A stretch of DNA of 64,000 bases, from positions 1,792,001 to 1,856,000 of the forward strand of contig OY781945.1 in assembly GCA_963677435.1 (NCBI GenBank), read 5' to 3'. The notes beneath the pieces were generated by a model. That model searched no databases and was not told where the DNA came from. It saw only the letters and a program-made list of their open reading frames with translations. The first letter of the stretch is position 1; each line of letters begins with the position of its first letter. This document shows positions 19,769 to 28,575 of the stretch, piece by piece. Origin of the DNA: an uncultured Aliarcobacter sp. (GTDB lineage: Bacteria; Campylobacterota; Campylobacteria; Campylobacterales; Arcobacteraceae). The position numbers and the translations under genes were made by a program.

Positions 19769-20839
19769 ATGGATATTAAAGACAGGGCACAAGGTGCAAT
19801 AGTTGGTGCATTTATTGGTGATGCAATAGCTTTAGGCCCACATTGGTATTATGACTTAGATGAACAGTATAAAGATTATGGGCAGTGGATTACAACATAT
19901 ACAAATCCTAAAAAAGGAAGATACCACGAACATGAAAAAGCTGGGAATCAATCTCAAGCTGGATATATTTTAAAACTTATGATTAAATCTCTCATAGAAA
20001 AAAAAGCTTACAATGAAGAAGATTTCTGCAAAAAGCTTGATGAAGATTTATTTACAAAAATTGACGGAATTCCAACCCATGGACCAGGTGGTTATACTTC
20101 ACAATCTATTAGAGAAGTATATAGACAAAGAGTTGAGCAAAACTTACCATGGGAGAAAGTTGGAAGTAGAGCAGATACAACAGAAGCTATTGAGCGAACA
20201 CTTGCAATTGCTGTAGCCTATGCATTAAAGCCAAAAGAGTTAGCAAAAAATATTTCCCATAATACATTTTTAACGCAAGTGGATGATATCGTGGGTTCAA
20301 TGACTGTAGCTTATGGTGCAGTATTAGCTCAACTAATTCAAGGTGAAAAACTAGATGAAAACATATCAAATAAATTAATGAAATTAGTTAAAAGTGGTGA
20401 ACTTCCTTTTCATGCAGTTACCACTAATGGTTTAAAACCGCCAAAAGATGGAGCAAAAGATCCTTCAAATATTGGATTATTTGCATCTCCTGATGCACTA
20501 TTATCACCTTCATTTATTGCCCAAGCTGCAAATGATAAAGATATCAAAATAGAACCTGCTTGGAAAGTATCACTTGTGTATGGAATGCCATGTGCAATTT
20601 ATCATATATTACCAGCGAGTTATTATTTAGCTGCACGATTCCATAATGATTTTGAAAGTGCTATTTTACATGCTTTAAATGGCGGAGGACAAAATCAAGC
20701 AAGGTCAATATTAACAGGTGCACTAGTTGGTGCTCAAGTGGGATTAAAAAATATTCCACAAAGATTTATAGATGGATTGAATGAAAAAGATGAAATTTTA
20801 GATTTGGCTAAAAAACTTTCAGATATTATAGACGGGTAA
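19769..20839 (+). CDS. ADP-ribosylglycohydrolase family protein
   Basis: DRAQGAIVGAFIGDAIALG N terminus; GALVGA..G...IP C terminus. Confidence 0.88.
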   Translation: MDIKDRAQGAIVGAFIGDAIALGPHWYYDLDEQYKDYGQWITTYTNPKKGRYHEHEKAGNQSQAGYILKLMIKSLIEKKAYNEEDFCKKLDEDLFTKIDGIPTHGPGGYTSQSIREVYRQRVEQNLPWEKVGSRADTTEAIERTLAIAVAYALKPKELAKNISHNTFLTQVDDIVGSMTVAYGAVLAQLIQGEKLDENISNKLMKLVKSGELPFHAVTTNGLKPPKDGAKDPSNIGLFASPDALLSPSFIAQAANDKDIKIEPAWKVSLVYGMPCAIYHILPASYYLAARFHNDFESAILHALNGGGQNQARSILTGALVGAQVGLKNIPQRFIDGLNEKDEILDLAKKLSDIIDG

Positions 20840-20926
20840 TTTTATAAAAGTATGAAATGACTTTAAATGTGTACAAGTATATATTAAATATGAATAAAAT
20901 AACAAGAGAAAGAATTTGAGGTAAAT

Positions 20927-23017
20927 ATGAATTATAATTGGAAAACTATAGATTTAAATAACGGAACAGTAGAAGAAAAAAGAGCAGAGATAAAACAATA
21001 CTTTTTACAAACTTATGAACTAGATGAAAAACTTTTTGATTTATTAAAAGATAAAAAATACATACTAGAACAACCAAATAGGTTAAGACATCCACTGATA
21101 TTTTATTTTGGACATACAGCTACATTTTTTATGAATAAACTAAATGTCTCAAATATCACAACTAAAAGAGTAAATAATACTTTTGAAGCTTTATTTGCTA
21201 TTGGTGTTGATGAAATGAGTTGGGATGATTTAAATGATGAAAATTATCAATGGCCAAGTTTCGAAGAGACAAAAGCCTACAGAGATGAAGTAAAAGCTTT
21301 AGTATTGGATCTTATTGATACAATTGAGTTTACTATTCCAATTAATTGGAATTCTCCTATGTGGATTATACTTATGGGAATTGAGCATGAAAATATTCAT
21401 ATAGAAACATCATCTGTATTATTAAGAGAACTAGATATTAAATACTTAAATGATAAAGAACTATTTAAGTACAACAATGAAAGAAGCCAAACTTATCCTC
21501 AAAATGAATTAGTTTTTGTTGAAGGTGGAGAAGTTATCCTTGAAAAAGATCATAAAAAACCAGAGTTTTATGGTTGGGATAATGAGTTTGCTTTTCATAA
21601 AGCATATATAAAAGAGTTTGAAGCTAGTAAGTATCTTGTATCAAATGGTGAGTACTTAGAGTTTGTAAAAGATGGCGGTTATAATAAGCTACATTACTTT
21701 AGCAAAGATGGATTAAAGTGGTTAGACTTTACTCAAACAAAAATGCCAACATTCTGGATAAAAGATGGTGAGAAGTATTATTTAAGAGAGATAAATAGAA
21801 TAGTTGAATTACCTTTAAATTATCCAGTTGATATAAATGTATATGAAGCAGAAGCTTTCTGTAAATATAAGAGTGAAAAACTTGGTTTTGAAGTAAGACT
21901 TCCAAGTGAAGATGAATTTTATAGATTAAATGATTATGTAAAAGCACAAGAGTGTGATGCAAATATTGGATTAAAGTATTTTAATCAAACACCAGTAGAT
22001 AAATATCCTATGGGAGATTTTTATGATGTAATTGGAAATGTATGGCAATGGAGTATAACTCCAATGTATCCGCTTGATGGCTTTGAAACACATCCTGTAT
22101 ATGATGACTTCACAACGCCTACTTTTGATGATAGACATTCACTTATAAAAGGTGGTTCGTTTATTAGTTTAGGGAATGAAACCTTAAGAAGTGCAAGATA
22201 TGCCTTTAGAAAACACTTTTTTCAACATGCTGGATTTAGATATGTTAAAAGTGACAATGAATATAGAACTAAATTAAATGATAATGTATATGAAACAGAT
22301 GAGCAAGTTTCTCAGTATTGTGAATTCCATTATGGTGAAGAGGTTTATGGAGTTAAAAATTTTCCTAAAAATTCTGTTGAAGTATTAGCACCATATTTAA
22401 AAAACATAAAAAAAGAAAAAGCCTTAGATTTGGGTTGTAGTGTTGGACGAAGTTCATTTGAATTAGGAAAAATATTCAATGAAGTATTAGGAATTGATTT
22501 TAGTGCTAATTTTATTAGTGTAGGAATAAAACTTAAAAAATATGATAGTTTAACTTATAAAGTAGCAACTGAGGGTGATTTATATGAAGAAAAAACTGTT
22601 GCATTAAAAGATTTTGACCTTGAAGAAATCAAAGAAAGAGTTACTTTTATGCAAGGTGATGCTTGTAATTTAAAAGAGATGTATACAGCTTATGATTTGA
22701 TTTTTTGCTCAAATTTAATTGATAGATTATATTATCCTCAAAAATTCTTAGATGATATTCCAAATAGAGTAAATAAAGATGGTCTTTTAGTGATATTAAG
22801 TCCATACACTTGGCTTGAAGCATATACTCCTAAAAAGAACTGGTTAGGTGGATTTGTAAGAGATAATAAAGAGGTGAAAACTTTAGATACTTTAAAAGAG
22901 AATTTAAAAGATAGATTTGAATTACTTGATACTATTGATGTTCCTTTTGTGATAAAAGAGACTTCAAGAAAACACCAACATACAATTTCACAAATGAGTA
23001 TTTGGAAGAAAAAATAG
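20927..23017 (+). CDS. ovoA: 5-histidylcysteine sulfoxide synthase / methyltransferase (ovothiol biosynthesis)
   Basis: LRHPLIFYFGH, EHENIHIETS iron motif, FGE-sulfatase domain (YGWDNE, GNVWQW), C-terminal SAM domain (ALDLGCSVGR, SPYTW). Confidence 0.92.
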   Translation: MNYNWKTIDLNNGTVEEKRAEIKQYFLQTYELDEKLFDLLKDKKYILEQPNRLRHPLIFYFGHTATFFMNKLNVSNITTKRVNNTFEALFAIGVDEMSWDDLNDENYQWPSFEETKAYRDEVKALVLDLIDTIEFTIPINWNSPMWIILMGIEHENIHIETSSVLLRELDIKYLNDKELFKYNNERSQTYPQNELVFVEGGEVILEKDHKKPEFYGWDNEFAFHKAYIKEFEASKYLVSNGEYLEFVKDGGYNKLHYFSKDGLKWLDFTQTKMPTFWIKDGEKYYLREINRIVELPLNYPVDINVYEAEAFCKYKSEKLGFEVRLPSEDEFYRLNDYVKAQECDANIGLKYFNQTPVDKYPMGDFYDVIGNVWQWSITPMYPLDGFETHPVYDDFTTPTFDDRHSLIKGGSFISLGNETLRSARYAFRKHFFQHAGFRYVKSDNEYRTKLNDNVYETDEQVSQYCEFHYGEEVYGVKNFPKNSVEVLAPYLKNIKKEKALDLGCSVGRSSFELGKIFNEVLGIDFSANFISVGIKLKKYDSLTYKVATEGDLYEEKTVALKDFDLEEIKERVTFMQGDACNLKEMYTAYDLIFCSNLIDRLYYPQKFLDDIPNRVNKDGLLVILSPYTWLEAYTPKKNWLGGFVRDNKEVKTLDTLKENLKDRFELLDTIDVPFVIKETSRKHQHTISQMSIWKKK

Positions 23018-23029
23018 AGAAGTTATTCT

Positions 23030-23575
23030 CTATTTTTTAGATTGATTTAAGGAAGCTAATAGTTTTAATTGTTCGCTAACACTTGCAAATAATAATTGAT
23101 TTTCTTTTAAAACTGAACCATCTTTTGCACTGTTTAAATTCTTTATAGAATTATTATTTAGCTTTGATTCTTGATTTGAAGTTAAAGAATTATTTGTATC
23201 ATCCAAATTTATATCTTGAACTGTTCTTCCTGTAGCTTCTTGTTGAGCTAATTTTAAATCTTGTCGAAGTTGTTTAATTTGGTCTTCTATATTTGAAAGA
23301 GAATTATTTCCAGAAGAATTATTCTTTCTTAAAGTTGCTAATTTTCTCAATATTTCTTCAATATTTTTTAACTCTCCCTCTGTATATCCAGTTTTTAGAA
23401 GTGACATTAAGTCTTTAAATAAACTTTCCGTTGATTGCTTTTCAACTTCTACCGTATTCTCTTCTTTTTTTATTAAAGAGTCAAATGAGTCTTCTTCTTT
23501 GTTTTTAGTGTTTTTTGATGAAAGTTTTTCATTTGTATTATTTAATAATGATGATGTTGTTTCTAATATTTGCAT
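23030..23575 (-). CDS. Hypothetical protein
   Basis: 181-aa low-complexity coiled-coil ORF with an RBS-like AAGGAAG upstream. Confidence 0.65.
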   Translation of the reverse strand: MQILETTSSLLNNTNEKLSSKNTKNKEEDSFDSLIKKEENTVEVEKQSTESLFKDLMSLLKTGYTEGELKNIEEILRKLATLRKNNSSGNNSLSNIEDQIKQLRQDLKLAQQEATGRTVQDINLDDTNNSLTSNQESKLNNNSIKNLNSAKDGSVLKENQLLFASVSEQLKLLASLNQSKK

Positions 23576-23630
23576 AACTCTTCCTTTTATAAAAAAGAAA
23601 ATTGTATCATATTTATGTATAATAATTAGT

Positions 23631-23834
23631 ATGATTATTAAGATAAAATATTATAACAAACAAATTCTTGCAATACTTTTTTTACTTTTCATTTTCTTGA
23701 TAAATCTTTCCATTGAATATAATAAATATTTAGATTTGATTGATGAAGAGATTTATGAAACAAAAGTAGAAGTTTGGCTATATTTACATAAAGGTACAAA
23801 ATACGCCACGGTTCTTAAATATAGCTTAACTTAA
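23631..23834 (+). pseudogene. 5' fragment of a ComEC/Rec2-like competence gene, interrupted at 23775/23776
   Basis: MIIKIKYYNKQILAILFLLFIFLINLSIEYNKYLDL... resembles my recollection of Campylobacterota ComEC N termini; the frame runs into the repeat at 23776 and stops at 23834. Confidence 0.65.
23776..23829 (+). repeat. Terminal inverted repeat IR1
   Basis: GGCTATATTTACATAAAGGTACAAAATACGCCACGGTTCTTAAATATAGCTTAA. Confidence 0.88.
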
Positions 23835-23921
23835 TAAAAAACTAATTTTATCAACAAACTTAAAGAAATATTCAAATTCCAAATAAAAAATTAAATATCT
23901 CATTTTCATCATAAAAATCTT

Positions 23922-24054
23922 TTCTCATAAATGGTGGTTTTTAAGAATGAAAAAAAGCAAATTACTAAATTCCATAAAATCATACTTTTAAATTCTCAAA
24001 AACTATTCTCAAAACTAATTCTTAATTTGTTATAATTTATATGAGTTTTAAGAA
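23922..24054. other. Putative res site for the serine resolvase
   Basis: 26-bp TTCTCATAAATG-GT-GGTTTTTAAGAA (23922-23947) resembling hix; further TTCTCAAAA(A)CT half-sites at 23993 and 24006 and an inverted copy ending at 24054. Confidence 0.65.
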
Positions 24055-24145
24055 AGTTTATTTATTATTCTTTATATTTTAGTTAGTTTATAACTATCTA
24101 TAAGATATAATCTATATATTTTAATTATATATAAAGGATTATTAC

Positions 24146-24382
24146 ATGTTAATTTATGGTATTACAGATATTCAAAATAAACCTTCATTAATAAAAAGTA
24201 TGGATATTGCTCAAATTGTTGATAAAAGAAAAAATATTACATTAGGATATTTCATTTCTTCTAAATATGAAAAACAAATTAAACCTTTGATTGATAAAAT
24301 TGATCGTGATGAAAAATTAGCTAAACTTAAAAAATTAAAACAACATGAAGATTTTGAAAAAGAGAGTGAAAACAACTCATGA
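24146..24382 (+). CDS. Putative type II antitoxin (Phd/YefM-like)
   Basis: 78 aa, first gene of a toxin operon; N-terminal [10 protein letters not shown] pattern is Phd-like. Confidence 0.55.
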   Translation: MLIYGITDIQNKPSLIKSMDIAQIVDKRKNITLGYFISSKYEKQIKPLIDKIDRDEKLAKLKKLKQHEDFEKESENNS

Positions 24383-24927
24383 AAAATATTGATAAATTAA
24401 GTATTGAAAAAGCATATCTACTTTTTGATAGTAAAGAGATAGATAATTTTGAAGTTGGAACTTTAAAAGGATTACAACAAATTCATAAATTCCTTTTTGA
24501 TGAATTATATGATTTTGCTGGAGAAATTAGAATTCTTAATATTTCAAAAGGTAATTTTAGATTTGCTAACTCTTTATATTTAAAAGAGATTTTAAACAAA
24601 ATAGAAACTATGAATGAAAATACTTTTGAAGAGATAATAGCAAAATATGTTGAAATGAATATAGCTCATCCATTTATGGAAGGTAATGGAAGAACCATGC
24701 GTATTTGGCTTGATATGATGCTAAAGAAAAATCTAAAACAAGTTGTTAATTGGCAATTTGTAGATAAAGAATTATATTTACAATCAATGGAGAGAAGTCC
24801 TATTAATGATTTGGAACTAAGATTTTTATTAAGTGCCAATCTAACAGATAAAGTAGATGATAGAGAAGTAATATTCAAAGGAATAGAACAATCTTACTAT
24901 TATGAAGGATATGTAGTTGAAAAATGA
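24379..24927 (+). CDS. fic: Class III Fic protein adenylyltransferase (NmFic-like)
   Basis: [12 protein letters not shown] catalytic motif and C-terminal SYYYEG inhibitory motif. Confidence 0.93.
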   Translation: MKNIDKLSIEKAYLLFDSKEIDNFEVGTLKGLQQIHKFLFDELYDFAGEIRILNISKGNFRFANSLYLKEILNKIETMNENTFEEIIAKYVEMNIAHPFMEGNGRTMRIWLDMMLKKNLKQVVNWQFVDKELYLQSMERSPINDLELRFLLSANLTDKVDDREVIFKGIEQSYYYEGYVVEK

Positions 24928-25228
24928 ATTTAATTGTAAAGATATAGTTATTACAGAACAAAATGCAAAAGCTTTAATTATTTCAAAAGATGATGAAAAT
25001 TCTATTTTAGATACAGTTATCATTTTACCAATATCTTCTAATATACTTGATGATATGTTTCCTTATAGATTAAGAATTCAAAATAGAGATAATCTAATAG
25101 ATGATTCAGATGTTTTAATCAATCAAATTACAACATTAAATAAATTTAAGATCAAAGAAAAAATAGCTAAATTAACCCAAGAAGAATATGATTTAGTTAT
25201 ACAAGCTCTTTGTAAAAATTTTCAATAG
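24917..25228 (+). CDS. PemK/MazF-fold protein with shortened N terminus
   Basis: [25 protein letters not shown] PemK-type C-terminal pattern. Confidence 0.75.
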   Translation: MKNEFNCKDIVITEQNAKALIISKDDENSILDTVIILPISSNILDDMFPYRLRIQNRDNLIDDSDVLINQITTLNKFKIKEKIAKLTQEEYDLVIQALCKNFQ

Positions 25229-25237
25229 GATAATCTA

Positions 25238-25786
25238 ATGCTTATAGGATATGCAAGAGTTTCAACAACTGATCAAAATCTTTCTTTACAAAAAGATGCT
25301 TTAGAAAAAGCTGGATGTGAAAGAATTTATGAAGATGAACTAAGTGGCACAAAAGATAATCGTCCAGGTCTTTTAAAAGCTCTTGAAATGCTAAGAGAAA
25401 ATGATACTTTAGTTGTATGGAAACTTGATAGATTAGGAAGAAGTGTAAAAAGTTTAATTGAACTTGTAAGTGAACTTAATTCTAAAAATATTCATTTTAA
25501 AAGTTTAACTGATTCAATAGATACATCAACACCAAGTGGAAGATTCTTTTTTCATGTAATGGCTAGTTTAGCCCAAATGGAGCGAGAATTAATAGTAGAG
25601 CGGACAAAAGCTGGACTTGAATCTGCAAAAAAGTTAGGACGTGTTGGTGGAAGAAAAAGAACTATGACTGATAGTAAACTAGCAAGTGCAAAGAAACTTT
25701 TAGAATCAGGGATTCCACCAAAAGATGTGGCAAAAGATTTAGGTGTATCTTTAGCTACACTTTATAGGTGGATTCCTGCAACTTAA
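25238..25786 (+). CDS. Serine resolvase/invertase (Hin/Pin/TnpR-like)
   Basis: IGYARVST, VWKLDRLGRS, GRVGGRK, C-terminal HTH VSLATLYR. Confidence 0.95.
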   Translation: MLIGYARVSTTDQNLSLQKDALEKAGCERIYEDELSGTKDNRPGLLKALEMLRENDTLVVWKLDRLGRSVKSLIELVSELNSKNIHFKSLTDSIDTSTPSGRFFFHVMASLAQMERELIVERTKAGLESAKKLGRVGGRKRTMTDSKLASAKKLLESGIPPKDVAKDLGVSLATLYRWIPAT

Positions 25787-25831
25787 AAATTCTAATGAAG
25801 AAATAATTTTAATAAAAAGACTACAATAATT

Positions 25832-26401
25832 TTATTTTAAACTATCTTTTATATGATTAACAAGGTTTTTCTCATCTACTATTCCCGTATATTTTTCAAT
25901 AAACAATCCATTTTTTCCATATAAAAAAGATTCTGGAACTTTTTTTACATCCCCAAGTTCTTTAGCTAGTCTAAAGTTTTCATCCTCACTAATAGTAATT
26001 GGAAATTTTATATTATTTTCTTTTATAAAACTAGATAAAGTATTCATATCTAAGTCTTTTTCATATAAAACACCTATAACAATAAAATTATCTTTATATT
26101 TTTCATAAATTTCATTAAATACAGGAATTTCTTTTTTACAAGGAGGACACCAAGTTGCCCAGAAATTTATAAGAACTAGCTTATCTTCTAATTTATCTGA
26201 TATTAATATATTATTATCAACTGTTAATTTTATTGTTTCTCCATCAAATGTTTTTAAATTATAAGTTTTATCAACTTCTTTTTTTAATTCAATGGTATTT
26301 TTTATATCTTTTTGTTCAATAACTTGGGCTTTTTTCCCCTCTTCACAACCTATAAATAGAAATGAAAAAGAGATTAAAAGAAGCAAATATTTGTTTTTCA
26401 T
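25832..26401 (-). CDS. TlpA-like thiol-disulfide oxidoreductase lipoprotein
   Basis: Lipobox FIGC; NFWATWCPPC. Confidence 0.9.
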   Translation of the reverse strand: MKNKYLLLLISFSFLFIGCEEGKKAQVIEQKDIKNTIELKKEVDKTYNLKTFDGETIKLTVDNNILISDKLEDKLVLINFWATWCPPCKKEIPVFNEIYEKYKDNFIVIGVLYEKDLDMNTLSSFIKENNIKFPITISEDENFRLAKELGDVKKVPESFLYGKNGLFIEKYTGIVDEKNLVNHIKDSLK

Positions 26402-26481
26402 ATTTTTCCTTATTAGATTAACTTTTTGTTTCTTGCTTTTTTAACATTTAGAATTTGTTTTTTTCTATAAAATAATCAATC

Positions 26482-27144
26482 TTAACTAATATTAAATCTA
26501 TATCCAATTCCTTTGAGGGTTGTTATAGTTTCATCATTAAGTTTTTTTCTTAAATTTTTAATGTATGTTCTTATTGTTGTAGATTCAGGCATTTCATCAT
26601 AAACCCAATTATTTACTGATATTTCATCTATAGAAATAGTTTTATTTTTATTTTTTAAGAAATATTCTAAAATCTTTGTTTCTATTTTTGATAAATTAAA
26701 CTCTTCATTATTTCTTATGATAACTTTTTTTTCATAATTATAAAAAGTGTCATTATCTATTTTTATTTGTCCATGATTATCAATTTGTCTTAATCTTTTT
26801 ATATTTTCAATTCTGAGTTCTAATTCACTTAATTCAAATGGTTTTTTAATATAATCATCACAACCAGAGTTAAATCCTATCTTTACATCATCAGCTGTAT
26901 GTCTTGATGTTATAAATATTGTAGGGATATTAATATTATTTTGACGAATATTTTTTAACAGTTCAAATCCTGTAATATTAGGAATATTAACATCGAATAA
27001 TAAAAGGTCAAAACTCTCTTCATAGATTAACTCTTCAGCAATATTCCCATCAAAAGCAGTAATTACTTCATAATTTAAAGATAACAAAAATTCTTCAATT
27101 ATCTCATTTAGAATAACATCATCTTCAAGTAAAAGTATTTTCAT
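26482..27144 (-). CDS. OmpR-family response regulator (CrdR/CopR-like)
   Basis: LLEDD, FDVNIP, DDYIKKPF, RTYIKNLRKK, GIGY. Confidence 0.9.
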   Translation of the reverse strand: MKILLLEDDVILNEIIEEFLLSLNYEVITAFDGNIAEELIYEESFDLLLFDVNIPNITGFELLKNIRQNNINIPTIFITSRHTADDVKIGFNSGCDDYIKKPFELSELELRIENIKRLRQIDNHGQIKIDNDTFYNYEKKVIIRNNEEFNLSKIETKILEYFLKNKNKTISIDEISVNNWVYDEMPESTTIRTYIKNLRKKLNDETITTLKGIGYRFNIS

Positions 27145-27167
27145 TTTATTAATATCCTATTTATTTT

Positions 27168-27596
27168 CTAATGAGATTCATACACACCTGTAGAACCATC
27201 TTTATTTACATACAATATATTATAAGCTTGTTTAGTATTTCCTTGCTCCATTCCAGGACTTCCTATTGGCATACCAGGAACAGTAATTCCTAAAATATTT
27301 GGTTTTTCAACAAGCATTTTTTTTATTGCACTATAGTCTACATGACCTTCAATTACATATCCATCAACAAATGCTGTATGACATGATGTTTGTCCAGCTT
27401 GTAAACCAGCCTTTTGTTTTATAGTATTAACTTCATTTGTTTCAATAGTTTTTACTTCAAAACCTTTACTTTTCATAATATCAATCCATTCACTACAACA
27501 ACCACAAGAAGGTGATTTATAAACTGTCATAGTTTTACCTTCCATTGCAAAAATTGAACTAGTAATTAACATTAATGATAAAATAGTTTTCTTCAT
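27168..27596 (-). CDS. DUF411/CopG-like periplasmic metal-binding protein
   Basis: Signal peptide; SPSCGCC, SCHTA, EGHV, PGMPIGSPGME. Confidence 0.92.
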   Translation of the reverse strand: MKKTILSLMLITSSIFAMEGKTMTVYKSPSCGCCSEWIDIMKSKGFEVKTIETNEVNTIKQKAGLQAGQTSCHTAFVDGYVIEGHVDYSAIKKMLVEKPNILGITVPGMPIGSPGMEQGNTKQAYNILYVNKDGSTGVYESH

Positions 27597-27598
27597 AT

Positions 27599-27811
27599 TT
27601 ATATTTCCTCTTTTAATTTTAATGTAGCTTTTATTGATTCAAACTGTTCTTGAGTTATTTCACCTTTTGCTAATCGTTTTTTCAGAATATCTAATAAAGA
27701 TGGTTTTTCTTTTATATCAATTGAAACAAATAAATAAAAAAATATTGCCCAAAAAATAAACATTGAAAAACCATGAAATAATGTCATGTTCATATTCATA
27801 AACTCAAACAT
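27599..27811 (-). CDS. SHOCT-domain membrane protein
   Basis: One TM segment followed by LKKRLAKGEITQEQF. Confidence 0.85.
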   Translation of the reverse strand: MFEFMNMNMTLFHGFSMFIFWAIFFYLFVSIDIKEKPSLLDILKKRLAKGEITQEQFESIKATLKLKEEI

Positions 27812-27833
27812 AATAAATCCTTTTTTTATTTTG

Positions 27834-27865
27834 ATTGTATCAAGAGTGTGTGGAGTGTATGAGTA
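27834..27865 (-). promoter_or_regulatory. Copper-block promoter motif, copy 1
   Basis: On +: ATTGTA-N9-TGTGGA-N5-TGAGTA. Confidence 0.65.
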
Positions 27866-27915
27866 AAAACAAATTAGTTTAAAACTTTTATGATAAAATC
27901 TTTTAAAGGATTTTT

Positions 27916-28575
27916 ATGAAAATACTCTTTCTTGAAGATGATATATTACTCAATGAAATTATACAAGAACACTTAGAAAACGAAGGATACCGTGTTAAAT
28001 CAACATTTACTGGATATGAAGCAGAAGAGTTGATATACTCTGAGAAATTTGATTTATTTCTTTTTGATGTTAATGTACCTGGAATTACAGGTTTTGAATT
28101 ATTGAAAAGTGCAAGACAAAATGATATAAAAACACCTACTATTTTTTTAACATCTTTAAATATGGTTGATGATATTGAAAAAGGGTTTGTATCAGGTTGT
28201 GATGATTATGTAAAAAAGCCTATAGAACTAAAAGAATTAGATATAAGAATAAATAATATAAAAAGGTTATTTAATATTTTACCTAATGAAATTATGGAAA
28301 TTTCACGAAATATATATTTAGATAGATTAAATTTATTTATTAAAATAAATGATAAAGAGATACATATTGCAAGAAAAGAGTGTGAAATGCTATTATATTT
28401 AATAAATAATCATAAAAAAGTAATAAGTATTGAAGAATTAAGTACAAATGTTTGGAGTTATGAAGATTCTCCAAATCCATCAACAGTTAGAACATATATA
28501 AAGAATTTGAGAAAAATTCTTGGAGAAAAATTTATTACAAATATAAGAGGAGTAGGTTATAAATTTAACAAATAG
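27916..28575 (+). CDS. OmpR-family response regulator (CrdR/CopR-like)
   Basis: LEDD, FDVNVP, DDYVKKP, RTYIKNLRK, GVGY; overlaps the kinase gene. Confidence 0.9.
   Translation: MKILFLEDDILLNEIIQEHLENEGYRVKSTFTGYEAEELIYSEKFDLFLFDVNVPGITGFELLKSARQNDIKTPTIFLTSLNMVDDIEKGFVSGCDDYVKKPIELKELDIRINNIKRLFNILPNEIMEISRNIYLDRLNLFIKINDKEIHIARKECEMLLYLINNHKKVISIEELSTNVWSYEDSPNPSTVRTYIKNLRKILGEKFITNIRGVGYKFNK

Noticed and set aside
23499..23630. N-terminal extension of the ORF-track call 23499-23834
   Set aside because: Overlaps the opposite-strand gene; ATG at 23631 fits the comEC-like start better.
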